From NCBI RefSeq assembly GCF_006345805.1, contig NC_043014.1, forward strand, positions 52,762,001 through 52,826,000: DNA of 64,000 nucleotides, in the 5' to 3' direction. A program made the translations under genes and the position numbers. Positions 28,001 through 40,620 of this stretch are shown here, piece after piece; position 1 is the first letter of the stretch, and each line of letters opens with the position of its first letter. The DNA is from Octopus sinensis. Taxonomy: Eukaryota. Below the pieces are notes generated by a model that worked only from the letters and a program-made list of their open reading frames with translations, was not told the DNA's origin and searched no databases.

Positions 28001-30168
28001 ATGTAAAATCACATTAAAATATGTACAGAAAATGTTCAGATATTCAGCATAAAGTAGTGTAGCTTAGGGAACAAGATCCTGAAATGTGTTGTCTTTTTTA
28101 TCCGTCTTTTGTAGTTCATATTTCATCATAACTTATTGCAAACATATTCACAAATAAAGTGTCTGCAATGTATGGTAAACACTGCCAAATTCTATTCATA
28201 AATTTAGATGACTTTTTTTTTAAATTCTGTATTAAAAACTAAAAGTTATTTGTTTGTAAGCTTAAAATAGGTTTTTATTAACCATGTATTATTGAAAGTG
28301 CATTTGTAAATAAAGTACAGAACTGGGAATCATTATTTATATTTGACGGATATTTGTCTTCATCTTGTTTGTTATTAACACAACGTTTCAGCTGATATAC
28401 TCTCCAGCCTTCATCAGGTGTCTTGGGGGAATTTTGAACCTAGGTTCTCATTCCTAAAGTATTTTTCGATGTTATCATTATTATTATTCAAGTCACTGCC
28501 TGGAATCAAACTCAGAATCTTGGGATTAGTAGCCCGCGCTCTTAACCACCTATGCCATATGCCCATGGCATAGTGGTTAAGAGCGTGAGCCACTAACCCC
28601 AAGATTTTGAGTTTGATTCCAGGCAGTGACCTGAATAATAATAATAACATCGAAAAATACCTTAGGAATGAGAACCTAGGTTCAAAATTTCCCCAAGACA
28701 CCTGATGAAGGCTGGAGGGTATATCAGCTGAAACATTGTGTTAACAACAAGAGGAGGACAAATATCTGTCAAATGTAAATAATGTACATAATTCCTCATC
28801 TCTTAAATATAGAACTGGGAATGGTTATTATCAGTTTAGCCGACAAGTAAATTCAGCCTAGCCTAGAGACAAGTTAATTCAACTCAAGTCGTTTTTCAGA
28901 TTAAGTTGTGTCTCCTGAAACCAATTAACGATGTAGGGTGAGGCATACCCAATATATATATGTGTGTGTGTGTGTGTGTGTATGTATATATATACATACA
29001 TACACACAACAGTTGAAAGGTTTCTTTCAATTTCTATCTACCAAATCCATATGCAAGGCTTTTGTTGGCCTGGGGCTATAGTAAAAGACACTTGCCCAAG
29101 GTGCCACACAGTGGGACTGAATTCAAATGCAAGTGGTTGGGAAGCAAACTTCCTACCACACACACACACACACACATTGAACACGCTTGGCTTCCAGTGA
29201 TTTTATTATTGAAGGGAGAGAATCTGTTTTGTGAAACGAGAGGCTGAGGAATTGACATCAGAGTGAAAAGCATAGATATAAATTTTCTTTTCTTTCTTTC
29301 TTTCTACACAAGCTTCCTAAAGTTGGTAAAGTTCCTAAAGTAGTCGTTGGTAGCCTGAACAGTGCTATTTCATTTCCTTTGGAATTGTCAGCTCAGCATC
29401 ATTCAAAGAAATAATATAAAATACAATAAGCTAAATTCAACATTCTTTGAAGATTATTGGAAAGAGAAAATAGTTCATATATGCATGTTTATATGTTTGT
29501 ATATATGCATGTGTGTGTGCTTGTATACATGTACTCACACCTCAGTTCTGTATCCAAATATTTGCCAGTCTTCTCTGCTGGATCAAAAGTTGCATTATCT
29601 GGTCTTGTGGTAAGAAGAAGACAATAGAATAAATATCCACTGCTATTTCTAACATTCAGGTCTTGGGAGGTTACGAAATTTGCTTCCAAACTGTGAGGTT
29701 TGGGATTCAGTCCCATTGCACAACATCTTGAGCAAATGTTTTCTACTACAGCCCCAGGTTAACCAAAGCTTTGCAAGTGGATTTTGTAGGTGGAAACTGA
29801 GAGAAGCCCAGAACATATATACATATGTATGTGTGTCTATGTGAGAGTGAGTTCATATTTCCTCATTTACACATTTCCATCTACTGATTGTAAACAATGG
29901 CTACACTTGCTGCAGTCCACCATGAAAACATGTCCGTGCTTCTAAATGTAATCAAAAGACTCACTCATCTGCAGTTTTGTATTTAATTCACATTGCTACC
30001 TCAGCAATCTGTTTACAACTACTCTGTGGATAAAGGATTATAATTTTAGATATTTTATTTATGCTGATATGTACTGGACTGGTTTCCCGGTGTCTCTGGT
30101 ATCATTGTTTGTTTCTGGGCTGGATGACCTTCCAACAACAACCAATCACCATATCACAACCATCATCC

Positions 30169-30203
<35 letters not shown>

Positions 30204-33200
30204 ATGCAAGCATGTATTTTACAATTCCATTTAAATATATCGTGCCACTACTAATAACCAGTTGTTAGAACTCAATACACTTATACATTACAGTAAATGA
30301 TTGAATCAGTACAGCGAGTCATCATCATCATTGTCATCATCGTTTAATGTTTTCCATGCTAGCATGGGTTGGACAGTTCGACCGGGGTCTGGGAAGCCAG
30401 GTGGCTGCACTGGGCTTCAGTCTGATCTGGCAGTGTTTCTACAGTTGGATGCCCTTCCTAACACCAACCACTCCATGAGTGTAGTGGGTGCTTTTTACAT
30501 GCCACCGGCACAGGGGCCAGAGGAGGTTGGCAACGGCCACAATTGGTTGGTTCTTTTTACGTGCCACCGGCATAGAAGCCAGTCAAGGCGGTGCTGGTAT
30601 TGGCCACGTTTGGATGATAATAAATGAACAGAAGTTATATAATCATGAATGATTGTGTAACTCCTGTTATAGTGGTTTCTGCTGGAGGTAAGTGTGCACC
30701 CAGAACTGGGTGCTCATACAACATAGCTTCACACACACAAAAGAGGCAAAAAGTAATACTTACCACACTGACAATGGCATTCATCCATTCACTGTAAAAA
30801 GAGAGAAAACAGGTATTAACTAACACATAGCACCACTGATGCAAATGGATGCTAAAGCTGAGGGTTGACTGACTGTGAAAATAGTTTTATAAAATTACAT
30901 GTTACGCAGGTACTATAAATTAGGGTTAGGATTAAAAACAGAACAACAATAAATTACACATTCTAAGTAAATTTCCATGTTAAACAAATGACAATAATAA
31001 AAATGCAGGTGACAGTAAAAGGGGATTAATTGAAGGTCAGTACTTTTTCTAACACAAATGGAAGGAAAATTCTAGGCCTTTCATTATCATGTGTATCCAT
31101 CAATGGGAATTTACTGACAAAAAGAGAGAAATGGATAGAAGAAAATGTAGTCACAATGTTGATGCCATCCTCACAGTAAATATAAAAAGAAAAAAATTAC
31201 AAATGCCAACCAGAGCAGGGTTTCCAAATTTACTGCAATGAGATTCTAGCAGCTCTGCTTTGCTGCTTGTTAGTTTTCAAGTATTTGGCCAGTTGTCCCA
31301 CCCCAGAATATCAAAACCTTCCCTCTGAAATTTCAAATGATGTGAAATAATGCATTAATAAGAATTGTTTTAAATTTTGACACAAGGCCAGCAGTTTTAC
31401 ATGGGGAAGTGGGGCAGGGCGGGGGGTTAGTCAATTACATCAACCCCAGGATTTGACTAGCAATTTACTTCATCAATCCGAAAAGAAAAGGTAAAGAACA
31501 CACAATGCTGCACATCACACCAACATCATTCAAACAAAGCAAAATCACCCCCCCACCTTCATCAGCCAGAACTCCTCTCCTCCACCAACACAATTCCACT
31601 CAACATCAATGACAAAACATCCCCAGATGGACATAGGCATTTAGGGACTGACAGTCACAAATGTTTAGTGGCAGACTGTGAAAAGAACGACACTGAATGT
31701 GCCATTATTGGAGAGCTGAGATGAATTATGCTGTTTGATAATAAGACACCTACCATCACATAAATTCCACCAAATCAAAATCAAACCACTAAAAGCTGAC
31801 CTTTAAAAGGTCATGTAATTCTTAGTTATGATATTAATGATCTTAACTCTTTTAATAACTAACTCACCAGAGTCGGCCCCTCGTGTTACTCAGTGATTCA
31901 AACAAGCAGCTTTGAAATAACAAAGGCATTTTACTTATTTTTCATTATTTTGAAAAGTAATATGATTTCTAACCATGCCATCAATGACCATCCCACCACA
32001 ACAAAGACATTGCATTGCAACAGAAATATTATGACAAAGGGAAAAATCCAACACTATGTGAAATACAGAACAGCAATGGTGATTTACCCCATCTTACCAC
32101 CACCACTACAGTCAACTATTTGTGAACCAGTAACAGACACCAAACAGTTATGGAGTTCTTCCCATTTTTGTCGCAAACACCAAAAAGGAAAGAAGAAAAA
32201 TTAAACAAAAACACCTCCAGCTTTTACTCAAATATTATAGACAAACTCAAGTTATGCAACTCTGCAGCTGCATTGGTGCATTGTTAGCATAAACACACAA
32301 GCTTATATGTGCACGTTAATGATGACATGCATAACTGTGTGTGTGTGTGTAGTTATAAGTCATCATCATCATCACTATTTAATGTTCCATGCTGAGAATG
32401 GGTTGGACAATTTGACAGGATACAATGGATCGAAGGACTGCATCGTATCCCAGTGCTTGTCTTGCTGCTGTAGTTTCTATGACCAGATGGTCTTCCTAAT
32501 GCCAACCACTTCATAGCGTGAGTGGGATACTCTTTTCATACCTCTAGCAGAAGTGAGATCACTACGCAACCTGCAATACTACAAACTCTGTGGGAATGGC
32601 TTTATACAAGGAGATGAAATTTAGGGAAGGGCCCAGAGCAAAATGAGATTTTTGCTGTAGAGGTGTTACATGGCTCCCCACATTTTAGAAGAAAGGGGAT
32701 GAGTGAGTAGGATGGCGCTGGAAAGAGATAAAATAAATAATGGTAATGAGGTGTGAGCCTTGAGCTTCAAGTTATGAGGTGGGTAGGAATGAGTGGGACG
32801 AAGGAAACCGAAGTGTGGGTGGGTAGGAATGAGTGGGACGAAGGAAACCGAAGTGTGGGTGGGTAGGAATGAGTGGGACGAAGGAAACCGAAGTGTGGGT
32901 GGGTAGGAATGAGTGGGACGAAGGAAACCGAAGTGTGGGTGGGTAGGAATGAGTGGGACGAAGGAAACCGAAGTGTGGGTGGGTAGGAATGAGTGGGACG
33001 AAGGAAACCGAAGTGTGGGTGGGTAGGAATGAGTGGGACGAAGGAAACCGAAGTGTGGGTGGGTAGGAATGAGTGGGACGAAGGAAACCGAAGTGTGGGT
33101 GGGTAGGAATGAGTGGGACGAAGGAAACCGAAGTGTGGGTGGGTAGGAATGAGTGGGACGAAGGAAACCGAAGTGTGGGTGGGTAGGAATGAGTGGGACG

Positions 33201-36200
33201 AAGGAAACCGAAGTGTGGGTGGGTAGGAATGAGTGGGACGAAGGAAACCGAAGTGTGGGTGGGTAGGAATGAGTGGGACGAAGGAAACCGAAGTGTGGGT
33301 GGGTAGGAATGAGTGGGACGAAGGAAACCGAAGTGTGGGTGGGTAGGAATGAGTGGGACGAAGGAAACCGAAGTGTGGGTGGGTAGGAATGAGTGGGACG
33401 AAGGAAACCGAAATGTGGGTGGGTAGGAATGAGTGGGACGAAGGAAACCGAAGTGTGGGTGGGTTGGAATGAGTGGGACGAAGGAAACCGAAGTGTGGGT
33501 GGGTAGGAATGAGTGGGACGAAGGAAACCGAAGTGTGGGTGGGTAGGAATGAGTGGGACGAAGGAAACCGAAGTGTGGGTGGGTAGGAATGAGTGGGACG
33601 AAGGAAACCGAAGTGTGGGTGGGTAGGAATGAGTGGGACGAAGGAAATCGAAGTGTGGGTGGGTAGGAATGAGTGGGACGAAGGAAATCGAAGTGTGGGT
33701 GGGTAGGAATGAGTGGGACGAAGGAAATCGAAGTGTGGGTGGGTAGGAATGAGTGGGACGAAGGAAACCGAAGTGTGGGTGGGTAGGAATGAGTGGGACG
33801 AAGGAAATCGAAGTGTGGGTGGGTAGGAATGAGTGGGACGAAGGAAATCGAAGTGTGGGTGGGTAGGAATGAGTGGGACGAAGGAAACCGAAGTGTGGGT
33901 GGGTAGGAATGAGTGGGACGAAGGAAACCGAAGTGTGGGTGGGTAGGAATGAGTGGGACGAAGGAAACCGAAGTGTGGGTGGGTAGGAATGAGTGGGACG
34001 AAGGAAATCGAAGTGTGGGTGGGTAGGAATGAGTGGGACGAAGGAAATCGAAGTGTGGGTGGGTAGGAATGAGTGGGACGAAGGAAATCGAAGTGTGGGT
34101 GTGTAGGAATGAGTGGGACGAAGGAAACCGAAGTGTGGGTGTGTAGGAATGAGTGGGACGAAGGAAACCGAAGTGTGGGTGGGTAGGAATGAGTGGGACG
34201 AAGGAAATCGAAGTGTGGGTGTGTAGGAATGAGTGGGACGAAGGAAACCGAAGTGTGGGTGTGTAGGAATGAGTGGGACGAAGGAAACCGAAGTGTGGGT
34301 GTGTAGGAATGAGTGGGACGAAGGAAACCGAAGTGTGGGTGGGTAGGAATGAGTGGGACGAAGGAAATCGAAGTGTGGGTGTGTAGGAATGAGTGGGACG
34401 AAGGAAATCGAAGTGTGGGTGGGTAGGAATGAGTGGGACGAAGGAAACCGAAGTGTGGGTGGGTAGGAATGAGTGGGACGAAGGAAATCGAAGTGTGGGT
34501 GTGTAGGAATGAGTGGGACGAAGGAAATCGAAGTGTGGTTGGGTAGAAATGAGTGGGACGAAGGAAATCGAATTGTGGGTGGGTAGGAATGAGTGGGACG
34601 AAGGAAATCGAAGTGTGGGTGGGTAGGAATGAGTGGGACGAAGGAAATCGAAGTGTGGGTGTGTAGGAATGAGTGGGACGAAGGAAATCGAAGTGTGGGT
34701 GGGTAGGAATGAGTGGGACGAAGGAAACCGAAGTGTGGGTGGGTAGGAATGAGTGGGACGAAGGAAATCGAAGTGTGGGTGGGTAGGAATGAGTGGGACG
34801 AAGGAAATCGAAGTGTGGGTGGGTAGGAATGAGTGGGACGAAGGAAATCGAAGTGTGGGTGGGTAGGAATGAGTGGGACGAAGGAAATCGAAGTGTGGGT
34901 GGGTAGGAATGAGTGGGACGAAGGAAACCGAAGTGTGGGTGGGTAGGAATGAGTGGGACGAAGGAAACCGAAGTGTGGGTGGGTAGGAATGAGTGGGACG
35001 AAGGAAACCGAAGTGTGGGTGGGTAGGAATGAGTGGGACGAAGGAAATCGAAGTGTGGGTGGGTAGGAATGAGTGGGACGAAGGAAATCGAAGTGTGGGT
35101 GGGTAGGAATGAGTGGGACGAAGGAAATCGAAGTGTGGGTGGGTAGGAATGAGTGGGACGAAGGAAACCGAAGTGTGGGTGGGTAGGAATGAGTGGGACG
35201 AAGGAAATCGAAGTGTGGGTGGGTAGGAATGAGTGGGACGAAGGAAATCGAAGTGTGGGTGGGTAGGAATGAGTGGGACGAAGGAAACCGAAGTGTGGGT
35301 GGGTAGGAATGAGTGGGACGAAGGAAACCGAAGTGTGGGTGGGTAGGAATGAGTGGGACGAAGGAAACCGAAGTGTGGGTGGGTAGGAATGAGTGGGACG
35401 AAGGAAATCGAAGTGTGGGTGGGTAGGAATGAGTGGGACGAAGGAAATCGAAGTGTGGGTGGGTAGGAATGAGTGGGACGAAGGAAATCGAAGTGTGGGT
35501 GTGTAGGAATGAGTGGGACGAAGGAAACCGAAGTGTGGGTGTGTAGGAATGAGTGGGACGAAGGAAACCGAAGTGTGGGTGGGTAGGAATGAGTGGGACG
35601 AAGGAAATCGAAGTGTGGGTGTGTAGGAATGAGTGGGACGAAGGAAACCGAAGTGTGGGTGTGTAGGAATGAGTGGGACGAAGGAAACCGAAGTGTGGGT
35701 GTGTAGGAATGAGTGGGACGAAGGAAACCGAAGTGTGGGTGGGTAGGAATGAGTGGGACGAAGGAAATCGAAGTGTGGGTGTGTAGGAATGAGTGGGACG
35801 AAGGAAATCGAAGTGTGGGTGGGTAGGAATGAGTGGGACGAAGGAAACCGAAGTGTGGGTGGGTAGGAATGAGTGGGACGAAGGAAATCGAAGTGTGGGT
35901 GTGTAGGAATGAGTGGGACGAAGGAAATCGAAGTGTGGTTGGGTAGAAATGAGTGGGACGAAGGAAATCGAATTGTGGGTGGGTAGGAATGAGTGGGACG
36001 AAGGAAATCGAAGTGTGGGTGGGTAGGAATGAGTGGGACGAAGGAAATCGAAGTGTGGGTGTGTAGGAATGAGTGGGACGAAGGAAATCGAAGTGTGGGT
36101 GGGTAGGAATGAGTGGGACGAAGGAAACCGAAGTGTGGGTGGGTAGGAATGAGTGGGACGAAGGAAATCGAAGTGTGGGTGGGTAGGAATGAGTGGGACG

Positions 36201-39200
36201 AAGGAAATCGAAGTGTGGGTGGGTAGGAATGAGTGGGACGAAGGAAATCGAAGTGTGGGTGGGTAGGAATGAGTGGGACGAAGGAAATCGAAGTGTGGGT
36301 GGGTAGGAATGAGTGGGACGAAGGAAACCGAAGTGTGGGTGGGTAGGAATGAGTGGGACGAAGGAAACCGAAGTGTGGGTGGGTAGGAATGAGTGGGACG
36401 AAGGAAATCGAAGTGTGGGTGGGTAGGAATGAGTGGGACGAAGGAAATCGAAGTGTGGGTGGGTAGGAATGAGTGGGACGAAGGAAACCGAAGTGTGGGT
36501 GGGTAGGAATGAGTGGGACAAGGAAACCGAAGTGTGGGTGGGTAGGAATGAGTGGGACGAAGGAAATCGAAGTGTGGGTGGGTAGGAATGAGTGGGACGA
36601 AGGAAATCGAAGTGTGGGTGGGTAGGAATGAGTGGGACGAAGGAAACCGAAGTGTGGGTGGGTAGGAATGAGTGGGACGAAGGAAATCGAAGTGTGGGTG
36701 GGTAGGAATGAGTGGGACGAAGGAAACCGAAGTGTGGGTGGGTAGGAATGAGTGGGACGAAGGAAATCGAAGTGTGGGTGGGTAGGAATGAGTGGGACGA
36801 AGGAAACCGAAGTGTGGGTGGGTAGGAATGAGTGGGACGAAGGAAACCGAAGTGTGGGTGGGTAGGAATGAGTGGGACGAAGGAAACCGAAGTGTGGGTG
36901 GGTAGGAATGAGTGGGACGAAGGAAACCGAAGTGTGGGTGGGTAGGAATGAGTAGGATGAAGGAAACCGAAGTGTGGGTGTGTAGGAATGAGTGGGACGA
37001 AGGAAACCGAAGTGTGGGTGTGTAGGAATGAGTGGGACGAAGGAAACCGAAGTGTGGGTGTGTAGGAATCTGTGGGACGAAGGAAACCGAAGTGTGGGTG
37101 AGTAAAGATTATAAGAATGTATGGGCCAGTGCAAGATGAAGAATGGATGAGGGAAAATAGGTAACAACTGTTAAAGATCAGGTTGAAGGGTGGATGTGGT
37201 GAATGGAGAATAACCAATGAGACACAGGTTGAGTGAAGTAGCAGGAGGGGAATACAGAAAAGAGAGAAAAAAGAGGATTTCATCAAATGGAAATAACTGT
37301 ATGTTCCCAGGTGAGGAGTGACGGCTTCTTCAATGCTGCTTCATTCTCTCCCAATATGTTTGGAATAACAAGTTTGACATGAATTTGTCTTAAATGCAGT
37401 GAACCAATGATAAAGCAATTCAAAATATGTGCAATCAGCAGCTGAAACGGGTGTGGCAGGGTGCTTCAGAAGCTCATTAGGGGTTCAGTTCCACTGCATG
37501 GCATGAGTGTCTGTGTTTGTCACCATAACTTAGCAGTTTGACAAAAGAGACTAATATACTAAGTACTAGACCTAACAAACCATAAGTACTGGGGTCTATT
37601 TGATGGACTAAAACCTTTCAGGGTCATGCCAAATGACTGAAACAAGTAAAAAAGATAAAAAGGTAAATGAAACAACAAAACAATAAGAAATACACAAACT
37701 TTAGTTCATTGTCATTAGTGAATAGAAACCATATGATCTTGGCACGGCTGCTTGGTTTGACTGGAATAGCCAGGAGATGCTCCAGCTTGGCACCGGCTGG
37801 CAAATCAGGTTGATCCGGCATGCCATTTGTGTACTGACCAACACTAAACCATTTGCAGACCTCCTGTGTTAAAACAAAATGAATGAAAGGAAGAAGAGTG
37901 AGAGATGTGCCTAAGGTATTAAGGTCGTCAACAATGAAATTTGTAAAAAAGAAAAAAAGTTTGCTCATGTTTTATAAATACAAGGAATAGTTTTATTCAT
38001 CAAAGTTTGCACCCATATTGTCAATACCCTTTTGCCATTTCAGCAGTAGCTTGTCCAGCCCAGAACTGTAAAAACCTGGCAATCTAGAGTCATTAAAATC
38101 TTGGAAGGACTGTTTTACAGCATCGTCGGAATCAATTATTTTTCCTGTCAAAAAGTTATTCAAATTCTGGAAGAAGAGGTGGTCAGTGGGGGCAAGATTA
38201 GGTGATGGAGAAGTTCCAATTCCAACTCCTGTAGTTTCGCCAATGTCATTTTTGTGATGTGTGGTCTGGCGCTGTCTTGCAATAAAATAGGAGTGGATCT
38301 GTTGACTAATCTAGGCTGTTTTTTTGTAAGTTTCTGCATCATTTGGTCCAGTTGGCTGCAGTATACTTTGGCCATGATTGATGAGCCAAGTTTAATGAAA
38401 TCATAATGGATCACACCTGTACCAGATCACCAAATACACACCATCAGCTTTTGATGAATTTTGCTTTTTGGACTGTGTTTTGGTGGCTCGTCTTTGTCCA
38501 ACCATTGTGCTGAACATTTACGGTTGTTGTATTGGATCCATTTCTCATCACGTCACAGTTTGATTCAAAAATGATTCATTTTTGAAATGAGAAAGTAGCA
38601 TAATGCAGGCTTCCAAACATTGCTGTTTCTGATTTTCATTGAGTTCATGTGGAACCCACTTATCCAACTTCTTCACTTTACCAATTTGAACTAAGCGAGT
38701 CAATATTGTTTGCTTGCTAACACCAAGTAATAACGATAATACACAGACACTTTGAGATGGATCTGACTCGACGGTGGCTTTTAGTTTGTCATTATCGACC
38801 TTTTTTTTCTGGTCGACTGCATTACTCATTTGTGAGGTCAGAGTTACCAGAACGAAATTTTGCAATTTAATATTGTCTGCTGTGTAACAACATTAGAATG
38901 AAACACTCCATTAACATTCCGAGCTGTCTGTGATGCTGTTTTTCCAAGAAAGAACTCATATTTCAAAACTGTACGAATTTCCAACTTATCTATCTCTAAA
39001 CAAAAATAGCGAAAAACAATTTATGAATAATTTATAAAGTGCAAAATTAGTTAGAATAAAGAAATATATGTATCAGCTTTCTAAAAAAGAAGTAAAGATT
39101 GTCAAAGTATAATAATGGCACAAAATGAGCAGCTGTCAGAGTTTACCAAAGACTTGACTTCAAATCTCGTACATGACAACCTAATATTATGACACAGATG

Positions 39201-40589
39201 AAAAGCTTTTTTCAATACTTCACTGGCAAATAACAACAACAACAACAATAATAATAATCCTTTCTAAAATAGGCACAAGACCTGAAATGTCAGGAGAAAG
39301 GGATGGTCAATTACATCAATCCCAGGGATTAACTAGTACTTATTTTATTGGCCCCAAAAGGATGAAAGGCAAGGCTGACCCCAGTAGAATTTGAACTTAG
39401 AATGTAAAGCTGAAAGAACTGCCGTGAAGCATTTTGTTGGCATGCCAATGACTCTGCCAGCTTACCATTAAAAAAAAATAATAATAAAAATTCTTTCTTC
39501 TATAGACACAAGACCAGAAATTTTGCAGGAGGGGGACAAGTCAATTACAGTGATCCCAGTGCTCAACTGCTACTAGTTTTAGCAATCTGGAAAGGATGAA
39601 GGGTAAAGTTTGAACTCAGGACATAAAGATAGATGCATGAAGTGCTGTTGAGCATATTCTCCAGTGTGCCAACAATTCTGCCAGCTCTCTCCATCTCAGA
39701 TTCTTAATGTCTTTAGTTAGCTTTGCTGGAAACATAGCTTATGGCCTGAGCAATCATTGTTTCTGAATTGAGACACAAAGCCAGCAGTTTGAGAAAGGAA
39801 AATGATTAAATAATATTTCATTGACTCCAGTGCACAAGACCGGAATTTGTTGGGGAGAAAATTGGGAATAGTTGATTATAACTGAGCCCAACCTGTTTTA
39901 TCAACCCTAGAAAGATAATAATAAATATCAGTATTTTATTTCATCGACCTTGGTGGGACAAAAGATTAAGTCGACTTCAGCTGAACATGAACTAAGAAGG
40001 TAAAGAACTGGAAGAAATGCTGCATTTTCTCTGTTCTCATGATTTTGCCAATCCACTGCCCTTAAATAATTGTTTCTGACATTTTAGCAGACAGAAATTT
40101 TAGAGTTGGTTAGGGTTAGTTGATGGAACTAAGCCTAGTACTTGACTGGTTATCGATCCAATTTTATCAATCTTCAAGGAACGAAAGACAAAGTTGGCAC
40201 CAGTGGAATTTAAACTCAGGACAGAAAGATGCACAAGAGGCTTATAAGCAATCTCTCTGACATGCTAGCTATTTTATCAACATGCTCACTCCTCCTCCTC
40301 CTCCACCAACACCACAACAACAACAGCAGCAACAGTTTCAAATTTCTCCACAAGGTCAGCTGTTTTGAAGGAGGGGATGAGTAGATTTACATCGACCCCA
40401 GTGTTCAACTGGTATTTATTTTATCAATCCTAAAAGGATGAAAGGTAAAGTCGACCTCAGAAGAATCTGAACTCAGAACATAGAGACAGGTGAAATACTG
40501 CTAAGCATTTTGCCCAGGGCGCTAACGTTTCTGCCAGCTCAATGCCTTACCTCACCACCTTAATAATAACAACTTTCATTACCAACTAC

Positions 40590-40620
<31 letters not shown>

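Larger units (their letters stand above)
28331..28810. mobile_element. Palindromic non-autonomous Penelope-like element with tRNA-like head, flanked by a 12-bp TSD
   Basis: Inverted arms 28331-28558 and 28565-28784; unpaired 26-nt tail; AGAACTGGGAAT repeated at 28319-28330 and 28811-28822; CTGATGA...GAAAC motif in each arm. Confidence 0.8.

Noticed and set aside
28561-28632. Functional tRNA gene
   Set aside because: T loop is GTTTGA rather than GTTCGA, there is no clear acceptor stem, and it is embedded in a TSD-flanked element.
32778-37100. CRISPR array
   Set aside because: No unique spacers, no cas genes, eukaryotic intron context.
32767-37286. 1466-aa and 1504-aa ORFs as real genes
   Set aside because: They arise from a stop-free 40-nt repeat read in overlapping frames; the unit length is not a multiple of 3 and a 1-nt deletion occurs within the array.
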